This document shows positions 1 to 9,717 of a stretch of DNA of 52,353 nucleotides, one piece after another. The translations under genes and the position numbers were made by a program. Origin of the DNA: Desulfobacterales bacterium. Its GTDB lineage: Bacteria; Desulfobacterota; Desulfobacteria; Desulfobacterales; C00003060. Where the stretch lies: contig JAGMBW010000116.1 in assembly GCA_023129535.1 (NCBI GenBank), forward strand, positions 1 to 52,353, written 5' to 3'. The notes beneath the pieces are model-generated. The model saw only the letters and a list, made by a program, of their open reading frames with translations. It did not search any database and was not told the DNA's origin. Position 1 is the first letter of the stretch. Each line of letters begins with the position of its first letter.

Positions 1-74
1 GGGATTTCCCTTTTTTATCCTCAAAACTGTCTTGTGTCCACAACCTGAGCACGCGAGAATCGTGAGACACTATT

Positions 75-335
75 CTTTTTGTGGCAGGTCTTCTGGCTCC
101 CCCGCCCTTTTAGCGGCCTTCCCATCCGCCAGATGCAGACAGTGGCACTAAATGCTAAAAGGGTTCCCTCTATTTTCGGGTTACCGGTTTGCCGGTTAAG
201 TCGGTTTGCCGGAGGCTTTCCCCAACGGCCAAAACTGGCCAACAGGTTAACCTTCATCAGAGGGCAGGGTTACAGCGGCGGGCCCGCTCCCGATTTTAAC
301 GGGATTCCCTATTAAGCCCATAAGGGCACCACGGA
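75..335 (-). promoter_or_regulatory. Cobalamin (B12) riboswitch; the regulated gene lies beyond the left edge of the window
   Basis: The reverse complement reads GGTGCC..AATAGGGAATCCCGTTAAAATCGGGAGCGGGCCCGCCGCTGTAA ... GCCACTG ... TGGGAAGGC ... GAGCCAGAAGACCTGCCAC (B12 box = plus 81-97). These match the conserved cores of the cobalamin riboswitch. The 78-aa ORFs at 21..257 and 79..315 are therefore spurious. Confidence 0.8.
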
Positions 336-387
336 CTTTTTTATTCGATAGTCTCTGCTGATGTCAAGGGAAAAATATTGGAGAGAC

Positions 388-585
388 TTAAGGAGTTGTT
401 ATCTCTTTTGCTTTCCATACGACTCCAAACTTCTGGATATAATTCTGAAGCGCCAACCATTCTTTTTCAACATAGCGAAGCCTCTGACAGGGAGAAAATT
501 TCAAAAAATGGCTGATTTCTTTTTCTAATTCTTCCTGCCTTTGGGATGGTATCTCTTCCATGCACTTCGGATAACGTATTTCCAT
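388..585 (-). CDS. Small hypothetical protein (65 aa from the ATG; the track ORF starts at a TTG at 594)
   Basis: Only an open frame (MEIRYPKCMEEIPSQRQEELEKEISHF...). The RBS is weak and I recognise no family. Confidence 0.25.
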   Translation of the reverse strand: MEIRYPKCMEEIPSQRQEELEKEISHFLKFSPCQRLRYVEKEWLALQNYIQKFGVVWKAKEITTP

Positions 586-749
586 CTTCCCCAAAATCTG
601 CTCTCTTATTAGCCCGCGAACAAGAAAGAAACAGTCGCAGCCCCCACGTCAACTCAAAAGTCTACAATATTATTATGGATTTCTAAATGATAATAAAGCA
701 TTTGTCAAGTTGTTGACCCCACGGCAACGTCAAAGTCAATCGAGTTTCC

Positions 750-3029
750 TCAAATTAACGTTTCCCGCAAGGCATTAGCCGCTACCACCATATTGTGCAA
801 AGCGGCGCGCACCTCGGGCCAGCCACGCGTCTTCAGTCCGCAGTCGGGATTGACCCACAAACGTTCAGGCCGAAAGACGTTGAGGGCTTTGCGCAACAGC
901 GCTTTTATTTCATCCACGGAAGGCACTCGCGGACTGTGGATGTCGTATATGCCCGGTCCGATCTCATTGGGGTATTGGAACCGGACAAAGGCATTTAGCA
1001 GTTCCATGTCTGAGCGCGATGCCTCTATGGAGATGACATCTGCGTCAAGGGCCGCAATCGCCTCGATGATGTCATTGAACTCCGAATAGCACATATGCGT
1101 GTGGATTTGCGTATCGTCTCGCACACCAGACGAGGCAAGAAGGAACACATCGATGGCCCATTTGAGATATTCCGGCCATTCATGCCTGCACAGTGGCAAC
1201 CCCTCCCGCAAGGCGGGTTCATCGATCTGGATGATGCGGATGCCGGCTGCCTCCAGGTCGGCGGCCTCATCACGGAGGGCCAGTGCGATCTGATACGCTG
1301 TCTCCCGACGTGGCTGGTCATCACGGACAAAAGACCACTGCAGTATAGTGATCGGGCCGGTGAGCATGCCCTTTAGCGGCCGGGTCGTCAACGACTGGGC
1401 GTACTTGATCCAATGGACTGTCATCGGCTCGCCACGCCTGACGTCGCCATAAATTACCGGAGGCTTGATGCAACGTGTGCCATAGCTCTGAACCCATCCA
1501 TTTTGCGTGAAGGCGATACCCTCTAATTGTTCCCCGAAATACTCCACCATGTCATTGCGCTCGAACTCGCCGTGAACGAGCACGTCCAGTCCAATTTCCT
1601 CCTGGAACCGGACGGCCTTTTCGATCTCCTCCTTGACGAAGGCTTCGTACCTTCCGGCGGGCCACTCTCCTTTTCTAAAGGCTGCGCGCGCCTTCCGGAC
1701 TTCCGCGGTTTGAGGAAATGAGCCGATGGTCGTGGTAGGAAGCAGCGGCAAATTCAGTCTGGCTCTTTGGATTTCCCGCCGGACACGGAATGGGCTTTTC
1801 CGCTTAAGCATCTTTTCATCCACATTGGCGACCCGGTCCTTGACCTGCGAATTATGAATTCGGCTGGACCGCCTCCGGCGTTCAGCCCAGGCACTGCTTT
1901 CCGCAATCGCCTCCGCAATCGCTCCACGTCCGTCGTTGACAGCGCGCGTGAGCATGACTATTTCTCCAAGCTTCTGGCGAGCGAAGGCCATCCATCCTTT
2001 CAGTTCTTCGTCCAATGTATCTTCGAGTTCCAGGTCGATCGGGCAGTGAAGAAGCGAGCAGGACGGCCCGATAAGGATGCGGTCAGGGCCTACCCTGGCT
2101 ACCGCCTTTTCAATCAGTTCCAGTGTGCTATCCAGATTCGTCCGCCAGACATTGCGGCCGTCGATCACGCCAAGCGAGAGGATTGAGTTTTCTGAAACCT
2201 GACGCACAGCCCGGTCGAGCTGGTGCGGTGCGCGAATAAGGTCCAGGTGGAGCACCGCCACGGGCATCCGCAACGCTGGTACAAGGTTCTCGCGCAGGTC
2301 TCCGAAGTAGGTCGCGAGGCAGATCTTGAGCTTATTCGTGGCCCCATTCAGACGGCCATACGCCATATCAAAGGCCGCTAATGCATTCTGATGCAGGTCA
2401 AGGGCAAGCACTGGCTCGTCGATCTGGACCCACTCGGCGCCGGAGTCCATGAGCCTGTAAAGGACATCCTCGTAGACGGGCAGCAAACCGTCAAGCAGGG
2501 TGAGGGGGTCCAGCTCTTCTTCACGGCTCTTGCCGAGAAGCAGGAACGAAACGGGCCCCAGGAGGACCGGACGCGTCCGGATGCCAAGCGCCCAGGCTTC
2601 TTTGAACTCATCCATGGGTTTGGTCGAAGCGAGCCGGAATTTCTGTCCGATTTCGAACTCGGGAACAATAAAGTGGTAGTTGCTATCGAACCATTTCGTC
2701 ATTTCCATTGCGGGGACTTCATCTGATCCACGTGCCATCGCGAAATAGGTGGCCAGGTCGACACTCTCGGCCCGCCAGCCGAAGCGTGCCGGGACCGCTC
2801 CTACCATCGCCGCCGTGTCGAGCACCTGGTCATAAAGTGAAAAGTCATTCGAAGGAATGTGTTCGATTCCGAGATCCTGCTGGAGTTTCCAGTGCTGTTG
2901 GCGCAACGCTCTTGCGGTGGATTCCAGTTCCTCCGGACCAATTTTATCCGCCCAGAAACTTTCAACGGCTCGCTTCAGTTCACGTTTTGTTCCGATTCGG
3001 GGAAAGCCCAGATTGGTTGCAATTGCCAT
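750..3029 (-). CDS. metE: Cobalamin-independent methionine synthase (5-methyltetrahydropteroyltriglutamate-homocysteine S-methyltransferase)
   Basis: N-terminus MAIATNLGFPRIGTKRELKRAVESFW is typical of MetE, as are the ~760-aa two-domain length and the C-terminal HTHMCYSEFNDII zinc-site region. The ATG at 3029 is preceded by AAGGAAGG. The track start at 3068 is a TTG with no RBS. Confidence 0.93.
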   Translation of the reverse strand: MAIATNLGFPRIGTKRELKRAVESFWADKIGPEELESTARALRQQHWKLQQDLGIEHIPSNDFSLYDQVLDTAAMVGAVPARFGWRAESVDLATYFAMARGSDEVPAMEMTKWFDSNYHFIVPEFEIGQKFRLASTKPMDEFKEAWALGIRTRPVLLGPVSFLLLGKSREEELDPLTLLDGLLPVYEDVLYRLMDSGAEWVQIDEPVLALDLHQNALAAFDMAYGRLNGATNKLKICLATYFGDLRENLVPALRMPVAVLHLDLIRAPHQLDRAVRQVSENSILSLGVIDGRNVWRTNLDSTLELIEKAVARVGPDRILIGPSCSLLHCPIDLELEDTLDEELKGWMAFARQKLGEIVMLTRAVNDGRGAIAEAIAESSAWAERRRRSSRIHNSQVKDRVANVDEKMLKRKSPFRVRREIQRARLNLPLLPTTTIGSFPQTAEVRKARAAFRKGEWPAGRYEAFVKEEIEKAVRFQEEIGLDVLVHGEFERNDMVEYFGEQLEGIAFTQNGWVQSYGTRCIKPPVIYGDVRRGEPMTVHWIKYAQSLTTRPLKGMLTGPITILQWSFVRDDQPRRETAYQIALALRDEAADLEAAGIRIIQIDEPALREGLPLCRHEWPEYLKWAIDVFLLASSGVRDDTQIHTHMCYSEFNDIIEAIAALDADVISIEASRSDMELLNAFVRFQYPNEIGPGIYDIHSPRVPSVDEIKALLRKALNVFRPERLWVNPDCGLKTRGWPEVRAALHNMVVAANALRETLI

Positions 3030-3097
3030 GACGTATTGCCTTCCTTTATTAAAGAATACGTTTGTCAAGAGAAAAGGGACGGCAAGGCAGTGTGGTG

Positions 3098-3901
3098 TTA
3101 GTGTACCGTTGGGCGTTCCTTTTTTAGGGCCTCCTGTTTCAGGAACCGGAAGACTTCATATCCTTCTGCATCCGGTTCTATTTCGCCCAGAGCAACTCCC
3201 GCGAGAGTCTCCGCTGCGAGAGGATCGTCTACAGACACTGTTGCCTTGATTAGTCTAATGATGTTCGTTCTATCGTTGTACATGATGATGGGGCCAAAAC
3301 TTTCCCTTTCGTCTTCTGCCTCATGGTGCGAACCGAACATCACATAATCATTCACCAATGCTGCCGCCGGAACCGGCTCGTAACCCATAAATTCTATAAA
3401 GAGGTCAAGGGCTTCCATGACCGCCTCGGAATCTCCCCTGGCAAGGGCGTCAATCCCGTCACTGGCCATTTCTTCCAGGTCCCCTTCCTCAAAGCGAAAG
3501 TCCAGCAAATCCAGAGCGCGGTCGTACACGTGGCGGACAGCATCCCGACCTTTGCACATGAGAACATCGGAGTCACTTAAGATTTTGATGATGTTTCGAA
3601 TGCTGATCATTTCCTTCAATTCAGGGCTCTTGCGCAGCGTCACATCATCAAGGGTGGTTTTGCCGTAAAGAGGAAGCTCATTGTCCAGCACAAGGATCTC
3701 TCCTATGTCCGGCTCAAGTTCTCGAAAATAGAGCTCAAGGTCTCTTTGTTTTTCCAGGACAAAAGGACTCAACGAAAGAAGTCTCCGCATGTTTTCTTTA
3801 TCCACCTTCCGAGGCCTCCCAGGCAATCCAGTGGACTGTAATACGGTCCTTGAAAGGCTGTCCAATAAGATCTTTTTCTTCAGATTTTCTTTCAACGACA
3901 T
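3098..3901 (-). CDS. Hypothetical acidic protein, family not recognised
   Basis: 272-aa ORF. The best start is the ATG at 3901, preceded by GGAGGATGAT (MSLKENLKKK...). The track start at 3916 is a TTG. Confidence 0.6.
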   Translation of the reverse strand: MSLKENLKKKILLDSLSRTVLQSTGLPGRPRKVDKENMRRLLSLSPFVLEKQRDLELYFRELEPDIGEILVLDNELPLYGKTTLDDVTLRKSPELKEMISIRNIIKILSDSDVLMCKGRDAVRHVYDRALDLLDFRFEEGDLEEMASDGIDALARGDSEAVMEALDLFIEFMGYEPVPAAALVNDYVMFGSHHEAEDERESFGPIIMYNDRTNIIRLIKATVSVDDPLAAETLAGVALGEIEPDAEGYEVFRFLKQEALKKERPTVH

Positions 3902-4032
3902 ATCATCCTCCATCAAATGAAGTGCCTAAAGCCCGCCCTGGCGCTACGTGCTCAGATCAGCTCAAGCCTATAGGACGCCAGGTGCCCGAATCAGCCTATT
4001 ATGCCTATAAGCCAGGTCTGGGCCAGGGTGGA

Positions 4033-4166
4033 CTAAAGTGCCTAAAGTTAAGGCGATTAAGGGATTAGGGAATTAAGGAATTAAGGAATTGATTGGTTTC
4101 AGTCTTTTAATTCCTAAATCCCTGAATTCGCAATTCCTAAATTCTAGCTCATTTTAGGCACTTTAG
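4033..4166. repeat. Long imperfect hairpin built from tandem words (TTAAGGA / AATTCCT arms; outer CTAAAGTGCCTAAAG / TTTTAGGCACTTTAG)
   Basis: The left arm (4033-4090) and right arm (4107-4166) are reverse complements around a ~16-nt loop. Confidence 0.75.
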
Positions 4167-4603
4167 CTCACTTCTTAAAAACGATATCACAACAATCGCG
4201 TCACGTAAACTAGAAATGGCCTTGCCCTTGACTCGAACTCCCTATTCTGGTAAAAAAATTTGGTAACTGTTCACGGGTTCAGAGGTTCAGGGTTCAAAGG
4301 TTCATTCTCATTCCCACGCTCTGCGTGGGAACGCACCCGATGGGCGCTCTGCGCCCAGGAAGTAGCAACACTGATTGGACGCAGAGCGTCCAGCCATTTG
4401 GCCTGCCCTGGCGCGACCCGCTTCAATCAGTTTCCTAAGGCCATAGTCCAGGTCTGGGCCAGGGTTACAACGCAGAGCATTGTAACCAGTATATCCTGGT
4501 GCTGTCCAAAAGTATGACCGAAGCCGCACTATTCAACCGCAGAAGTTGAAAAATTTGTAACTACGTCGGGTCGTGTACAAAGGGTTGTAGGGTAGGGGTT
4601 ATA

Positions 4604-5248
4604 GTGAAGTTTAAGCGCATCCGGGAAAAGATGGTGGCTACACAAATCGAGGCCCGTGGCATCCATGACCAGAGGGTCCTTGAGGCAATGCGCAAGATTC
4701 CCCGGCATCTTTTTGTAAGTGAAGCCCTGCAGGACCAGGCGTACGGAGATTTTCCCCTTCCCATTGGTGAAGGCCAGACCATATCTCAGCCGTATATTGT
4801 AGCGGAGATGACTCAAGCCCTTGAATTGGCCAAGGATGATCGCGTCCTTGAACTTGGAACCGGGTCAGGGTACCAGGCAGCCATACTGGCTGAGCTGGCC
4901 TTTCGGGTCTATACGATTGAACGGATCAGGGAGCTGTTTATGAGAGCTCGCAAGCTCCTTGATCAGCTCGGTTACCATAACGTGGTCGCCAGGTGTTCCG
5001 ATGGCACCTTAGGCTGGCCTGATGAGAGTCCCTTTGATGCAATCATCGTAACAGCCGGGGCACCGGAGGTGCCGGAGAAACTTGTACAACAGTTGACGAT
5101 GGGTGGCCGCCTGGTCATCCCTGTGGGGAACAGGTTCTCCCAAAGACTCCTCAAGATCCACAGAGATGAAGATGGCGTCCACACGACCGACCTGGGGGGC
5201 TGCCGGTTTGTAAAGCTCATTGGAAACCACGGCTGGAAAGAAGGCTAA
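4604..5248 (+). CDS. pcm: Protein-L-isoaspartate O-methyltransferase
   Basis: Contains [21 protein letters not shown], the SAM motif [16 protein letters not shown], and the typical RMV..QI..RGI..RVL.AM..IPRH.FV N-terminus. GTG start. Confidence 0.9.
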   Translation: MKFKRIREKMVATQIEARGIHDQRVLEAMRKIPRHLFVSEALQDQAYGDFPLPIGEGQTISQPYIVAEMTQALELAKDDRVLELGTGSGYQAAILAELAFRVYTIERIRELFMRARKLLDQLGYHNVVARCSDGTLGWPDESPFDAIIVTAGAPEVPEKLVQQLTMGGRLVIPVGNRFSQRLLKIHRDEDGVHTTDLGGCRFVKLIGNHGWKEG

Positions 5249-5251
5249 GCC

Positions 5252-5833
5252 GTGTTGCGGAGACTCTATGGGTGGATCTTGCACTGGGCCGAAACCCCGT
5301 ACGGAACATGGGCGTTGTTTGCCTTAGCCTTTTGCGAGTCCTCCTTTTTCCCGGTTCCACCTGATGTACTTCTGATTATTCTGTCGGTTGCCCTGCCAGG
5401 AAAATCGCTCCAATATGCCCTGGTCTGTTCGGGCGGATCCATATTGGGTGGGTGTTTTGGCTATCTCATCGGATGGCAATTGATGGCCACTATTGGCGAT
5501 GCCATTATCCGGTTTTACGGATTGATAGACAGATATGAATATATGCGGCAGCTCTATTCGCTTTATGGTGCCTGGGCGGTGGGGATCGCAGGTTTTACCC
5601 CGATTCCTTATAAAGTTTTCACGATTACGGCTGGCGCCTTCCGGCTCGATTTTACGGTTTTTCTCTTTGCTTCTGCTATTTCCAGATCAGCTCGTTTCTT
5701 TATGGTCGGTGGCCTAATCTATCTTTTTGGGCCGAAGATTCAGTCAGTTATCGAAAGGTACTTCAATGTACTTGCCACGGCTTTTGTGATATTGTTGATT
5801 TTAGGATTTGTGGTAATCAAATTCTTGATTTAA
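5252..5833 (+). CDS. YqaA/DedA-type (SNARE-associated) inner-membrane protein
   Basis: 193 aa and multi-TM. FALAFCESSFFPVPPDVLLI and GFTPIPYKVFTITAGAF resemble YqaA-family motifs. Confidence 0.7.
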   Translation: MLRRLYGWILHWAETPYGTWALFALAFCESSFFPVPPDVLLIILSVALPGKSLQYALVCSGGSILGGCFGYLIGWQLMATIGDAIIRFYGLIDRYEYMRQLYSLYGAWAVGIAGFTPIPYKVFTITAGAFRLDFTVFLFASAISRSARFFMVGGLIYLFGPKIQSVIERYFNVLATAFVILLILGFVVIKFLI

Positions 5834-5834
5834 T

Positions 5835-6725
5835 TCACGTTTCACGATTCAGAAACTTGATAAAGGTTCGACACAAAGGAGACTGTGTGCGATGTCTGTG
5901 AAACGTCAGATAAAAAGCCCTCTTAAATGACAATCCCTTAATCTTCACTTTCTTAAGGCTTCCGGTGGCCAGCTCTTCGGCCACAGCGCATTCAGACAGG
6001 ATGGAGACCCCCACACCTGCCTTGATGCCCTGGCGAATGGCTTCTGTACTTCCCATCTCGGCTACAACATTCAGGGCGCCAAGGGAATGACCCGATTTGT
6101 CCAACACCTGTTCAATGGACTTGCGAGTGCCGGAGCCTTGCTCACGCATTACGAAGGGTTCTCTGATAAGTTCATCCATCACAATATGGCGCTTGGCTGC
6201 CCACCTATGCTTCTGCGGCACGATGAGAAACATCTGATCATCTATGATCTTCTTCTGAAAAAGTTGAGCTTCCCTGGCCTTAGCACCCACAATTCCGAGC
6301 TCCACATTCCCTTCAAGCGTATCCCGGATGATCCTTTGCGTATCGTTTTGTACGAGGCTCACCACGACGTCGGGGTAGTATTCCTTGAATCTTCCTAACA
6401 AAGGAGGGAGGATATAACCGGCAGGTATGGTGCTTCCGCCAATGGTCAGACGTCCTTTGATTTTGCCTTGAAACTCGGCCAGGGCATTTTCCGCTTCTTG
6501 CTTCAGGGCAATAATTTTTTTCGCATAACCGTAAAGAAGAGCGCCTGCCCTGGTGGGAACGACTTCCCTTCCCAGGCGATCGACGAGTTTACATTCGAAA
6601 TGATCTTCCAGATCTTTAACATGGCTGCTTACCGTGGGTTGAGAAAGATATACCGCCTTCGCCGCCCTGGAAAAGCTTTTCAGCTCAACCACACTACAGA
6701 ATATTTGGAGCCTCCATAGATCCAT
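5835..6725 (-). CDS. LysR-family transcriptional regulator
   Basis: N-terminal wHTH FSRAAKAVYLSQPTVSSHVKDLEDHFECKLVDR, followed by a ~200-aa substrate-binding domain. Confidence 0.9.
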   Translation of the reverse strand: MDLWRLQIFCSVVELKSFSRAAKAVYLSQPTVSSHVKDLEDHFECKLVDRLGREVVPTRAGALLYGYAKKIIALKQEAENALAEFQGKIKGRLTIGGSTIPAGYILPPLLGRFKEYYPDVVVSLVQNDTQRIIRDTLEGNVELGIVGAKAREAQLFQKKIIDDQMFLIVPQKHRWAAKRHIVMDELIREPFVMREQGSGTRKSIEQVLDKSGHSLGALNVVAEMGSTEAIRQGIKAGVGVSILSECAVAEELATGSLKKVKIKGLSFKRAFYLTFHRHRTQSPLCRTFIKFLNRET

Positions 6726-6736
6726 CGCAACCGTTC

Positions 6737-6840
6737 ATGGAGTACTGGAGCATTGGAGTGTTGGAAAATACGTGAAACCCCGGAGGTCCTCTGCGTGTTG
6801 TTTTTCCATCACTCCAGTACTCCATCACTCCGGTACTCCG
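6737..6840. repeat. Word-repeat hairpin (GGAGTACT-type arm versus ACTCCA-type arm)
   Basis: ATGGAGTACTGGAGCATTGGAGTGTTGGAAAA ... TTTTCCATCACTCCAGTACTCCATCACTCCGGTACTCC. It lies between the coaD stop and the LysR start. Confidence 0.75.
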
Positions 6841-6856
6841 AGGCCAGTAACTTTTC

Positions 6857-7354
6857 TCATGCATCAGGCTTAAGACTTGCAAACTTTTCCTTTAACTTTT
6901 CACAAACAATATCCGGGACCATGCCGCGGGTCTCTCCTCCGAACCGTGCGGCTTCCTTAATAATCGAGGAGCTGATGTAGATCCACCGCAACCCTGTCAT
7001 GAGGAAAACTGTTTGGACATCTCTATTGAGCTTCCGGTTCATGAGGGCCATCTGAAATTCATATTCAAAGTCAGACACGGCCCTAAGACCCCGCAAAATG
7101 GCATTCGCCTCACGCCTGACAACATAATCGACCAGGAGCCCGTCAAATGCATCCACCTCAACACCCGGGATGTCCTTAAAACTTTCGTTCAGCATCTCCA
7201 GGCGCTCCTCAATAGTAAAAAGCGGGTCCTTGGTTCCGTTTCTGGCTATGGCAACAATGACCTTGTCAAAAAGTCTAAGCCCCCGCATAACCAAATCGCA
7301 ATGTCCATTGGTTACCGGATCAAAGGATCCAGGATATACAGCTATTTTTCCCAT
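6857..7354 (-). CDS. coaD: Phosphopantetheine adenylyltransferase
   Basis: MGKIAVYPGSFDPVTNGHCDLV (T/HxGH motif) and ISSSIIKE. The ATG at 7354 has GGAG 7 nt upstream. Confidence 0.93.
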   Translation of the reverse strand: MGKIAVYPGSFDPVTNGHCDLVMRGLRLFDKVIVAIARNGTKDPLFTIEERLEMLNESFKDIPGVEVDAFDGLLVDYVVRREANAILRGLRAVSDFEYEFQMALMNRKLNRDVQTVFLMTGLRWIYISSSIIKEAARFGGETRGMVPDIVCEKLKEKFASLKPDA

Positions 7355-7397
7355 ATGCACTCCAGTAAAGCCATAACTCGTTTGTTGTGTTTAAGGA

Positions 7398-7527
7398 GCA
7401 TAGCGCATAGCGCATGGCGCATAGCGTTCATATCTTTTGCCCTCTGCGCTCTGCCCTCTGTGCTTTGCCCTCTGCGCTATGCGCTATGCGGGAAACCCAA
7501 TAAACTCAATAAACCCAATAAACTCTT
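7398..7527. repeat. Word-repeat hairpin plus tandem words inside the rsmD-coaD spacer
   Basis: GCATAGCGCATAGCGCATGGCGCATAGCG pairs with CGCTATGCGCTATGCG (7475-7490). Between them is CCCTCTGCGCT-type x3, followed by AATAAAC(T/C)C x3. Confidence 0.7.
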
Positions 7528-8082
7528 TTATAACACAGGCCTGTAAAAGGAGACAAGGATTTTCCCGTGATGTCTCTGGTCACTGAGGATAAAGCGTGCC
7601 ACCTCTTCTGGTAGTGTCTCGCGCCTGCTGTGCTCGACAACGATAGAGACGCCATCCGATGTCACTTCGGCACGATCCAGCAGTTGCATTGTTCGTCCGA
7701 CAAAACCCTTATCATAAGGAGGATCGATAAACACCAAGTCAAAGGCACGCTCCGTTGACTTCAAAAATCGCAATCCCCGCATTATGTCCCGTTTCAATAT
7801 AGTGCTTCGCGCTTCGAGGCAGCAGGCGGAAATGTTTTGAGTGAGCAATTTTATGGATCGGGAATCTTTGTCAACAAAAACGGCCGTTGCAGCTCCACGG
7901 CTGAGCGCCTCTATCCCGAGACTACCGGTACCGGCAAACAGATCAAGCACAACCGCATCTTCAACCCTGCTTCCGAGGATGTTAAAGATGGACTCACGTA
8001 AGTAGTCTGAGGTAGGTCGGATTGTCAAACCGCGCAAGGGATGAAGCCGTTTCCCTCTTAATGCTCCGCCGATAACCCTCAC
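7528..8082 (-). CDS. rsmD: 16S rRNA (guanine966-N2)-methyltransferase
   Basis: MRVIGGALRGKRL..RPTSDYLRESIFNIL, LDLFAGTGSLGIEALSRGA, and FIDPPY. Conserved rsmD-coaD gene pairing. Confidence 0.88.
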   Translation of the reverse strand: MRVIGGALRGKRLHPLRGLTIRPTSDYLRESIFNILGSRVEDAVVLDLFAGTGSLGIEALSRGAATAVFVDKDSRSIKLLTQNISACCLEARSTILKRDIMRGLRFLKSTERAFDLVFIDPPYDKGFVGRTMQLLDRAEVTSDGVSIVVEHSRRETLPEEVARFILSDQRHHGKILVSFYRPVL

Positions 8083-8100
8083 GCATGCCCCACAGTGCGG

Positions 8101-8236
8101 CTACCAACTTAAGGCGGGACAGCCGCTCCAGAAAGTGCGCAGGTGAGAAAGTGGGAAAGTGAGCGAATTCACACCTGCACACCTGCTCACCCGCACACCT
8201 GCTTTATTCTGGAGGAGTCCCGCTTTAGGTTGGTAG
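8101..8236. repeat. Nested long hairpin
   Basis: Outer 20-nt stem CTACCAACTTAAGGCGGGAC / GTCCCGCTTTAGGTTGGTAG. Inner arms are GCAGGTGAG-type words versus CACCTGC-type words. Confidence 0.8.
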
Positions 8237-8264
8237 CGCACAATGCTATCCTCTGCCCTCTTGG

Positions 8265-9620
8265 TCATAATTTAATACCGAGGAACTTTATCTTCTTGTG
8301 GAGATGGCTCCTCTCAATGCCAATTGCGTCTGCGGTTTGAGAAATATTGTTTTCATTTTCAGAAAGTTTCCGCAAGATATACGTCTTTTCGAATTGTTTC
8401 TTGGCCTCTTTCAAGAAATCGACGTCAAAAATCCCCACGTCGGCAGGCATGGCGTCCTTACCTTTATATGAGGAAGGGATATCGTCTTCGTCGATCACTT
8501 TCGATTCAGTCATGATGGCCAGTCTCTCCACCAGGTTCTTGAGCTCCCGAACATTGCCTGGCCAGCGATAAACCTTGAGATGCTCGATGGCTTGAGGCGT
8601 TATAGTTTTTAAACCGCAGTGTCCATCTGCGGCAGACTCTTTCAGAAAGGTTTCTATCAGCAATGGAATGTCTTCGGTGCGGTTACGCAAAGGGGGCACC
8701 TCGATGGGAATGACGTTTAATCGGTAGTACAGGTCTTCTCGAAAGGTTCCTTTCTCGATTTCTCTTTCCAGGTCCTTGTTGCTTGCTGCTATAACCCGCA
8801 CATCCACAGTTAGCGTGCGAGTACCGCCGAGCCGTTCAAATTTTTGCTCCTGCAAAAGTCGAAGGATCTTGGCCTGTGTCTTAAGGCTCATGTCTCCAAT
8901 CTCATCCAAAAATATCGTACCGCCGTTGGCAACCTCGAATTTGCCTCGCTTTCTGCTGGTGGCGTCAGTGAACGCGCCCTTCTCATGGCCAAAAAGCTCG
9001 CTTTCAATCAACTGATCTGGTATCGCAGCGCAGTTCACATCGATCAAGGGCTTGTCTGCACGGTGGCTCATTTGATGAATGGTGCGGGCCACGAGTTCTT
9101 TTCCGGTTCCGTTCTCGCCCGTGATCAATATCCATGCCCTGGTAGGTGCGGCAACAGCAATTTGCTTCTTCACGGCCTGAATCGGTGGGCTGTTTCCGGT
9201 GATTGAATGTTTTTCAAGGGTCTTCTTGCGAAGAAAACGATTTTCCTCTTCCAGTTGCCGGAAGTTGAGGGCGTTGTTAATCGTTACCACAACTTTTTCA
9301 ATGGAAAGCGGTTTTTCGATAAAGTCGTAAGCCCCCAGTTTCGTGGCCTTAACAGCCGTTTCAATGGTTCCGTGGCCTGAGATAATGACTACCTGAAGAA
9401 ACGGGTTCGTCCTCTTGATTTCCTGAAGCGTTTCTATGCCGTCAATGCCTGGCATCCAGATATCCAGAAGGACCAGGTCTGGAGATTCCTCCTCTATAAT
9501 CTTCAAGGCTTCGTATCCATTAGAAGCGGTCAGGACTACAAAACCTTCATCAGAAAGGATGCCGCTTAGCGACTGCAGTATGGTAACTTCATCATCAACA
9601 GCTAATATGGTTGGAAACAC
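8265..9620 (-). CDS. Sigma-54-dependent response regulator (NtrC family; NtrX-like by context)
   Basis: Receiver domain (ILAVDDE..DLVLLDIWMPG), AAA+ domain with GENGTGKE and the GAFTDA (GAFTGA-like) loop, and a C-terminal Fis-type HTH. Confidence 0.9.
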   Translation of the reverse strand: MFPTILAVDDEVTILQSLSGILSDEGFVVLTASNGYEALKIIEEESPDLVLLDIWMPGIDGIETLQEIKRTNPFLQVVIISGHGTIETAVKATKLGAYDFIEKPLSIEKVVVTINNALNFRQLEEENRFLRKKTLEKHSITGNSPPIQAVKKQIAVAAPTRAWILITGENGTGKELVARTIHQMSHRADKPLIDVNCAAIPDQLIESELFGHEKGAFTDATSRKRGKFEVANGGTIFLDEIGDMSLKTQAKILRLLQEQKFERLGGTRTLTVDVRVIAASNKDLEREIEKGTFREDLYYRLNVIPIEVPPLRNRTEDIPLLIETFLKESAADGHCGLKTITPQAIEHLKVYRWPGNVRELKNLVERLAIMTESKVIDEDDIPSSYKGKDAMPADVGIFDVDFLKEAKKQFEKTYILRKLSENENNISQTADAIGIERSHLHKKIKFLGIKL

Positions 9621-9633
9621 TGGTTTACCCCTT

Positions 9634-9717
9634 GGATTGTTGATTGTTGATTGTCGATTGAATATTGAAGATTGTCATTCTTCATTCTTCATTCTTCAAT
9701 ATTCAATATTCAATCGG
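9634..9717. repeat. Word-repeat hairpin in the kinase/regulator spacer
   Basis: GATTGTT x3 then CGATTGAATATTGAAG pairs with CTTCAATATTCAATATTCAATCG. CATTCTT x3 sits in between. Confidence 0.7.

Noticed and set aside
21-315. Two overlapping 78-aa ORFs (21..257 minus, 79..315 plus)
   Set aside because: The region matches the cobalamin riboswitch cores on the minus strand. The ORFs have no RBS and show GC-rich, structure-driven codon content.
3030-3097. Expected a B12 or SAM riboswitch in the metE leader
   Set aside because: Only 68 nt separate metE from the upstream stop, and no aptamer motifs are present.
7013-7546. 177-aa plus-strand ORF
   Set aside because: It is antisense to coaD and runs through the word-repeat spacer. 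Its C-terminus (NKLNKPNKL) is a translation of the tandem repeats.
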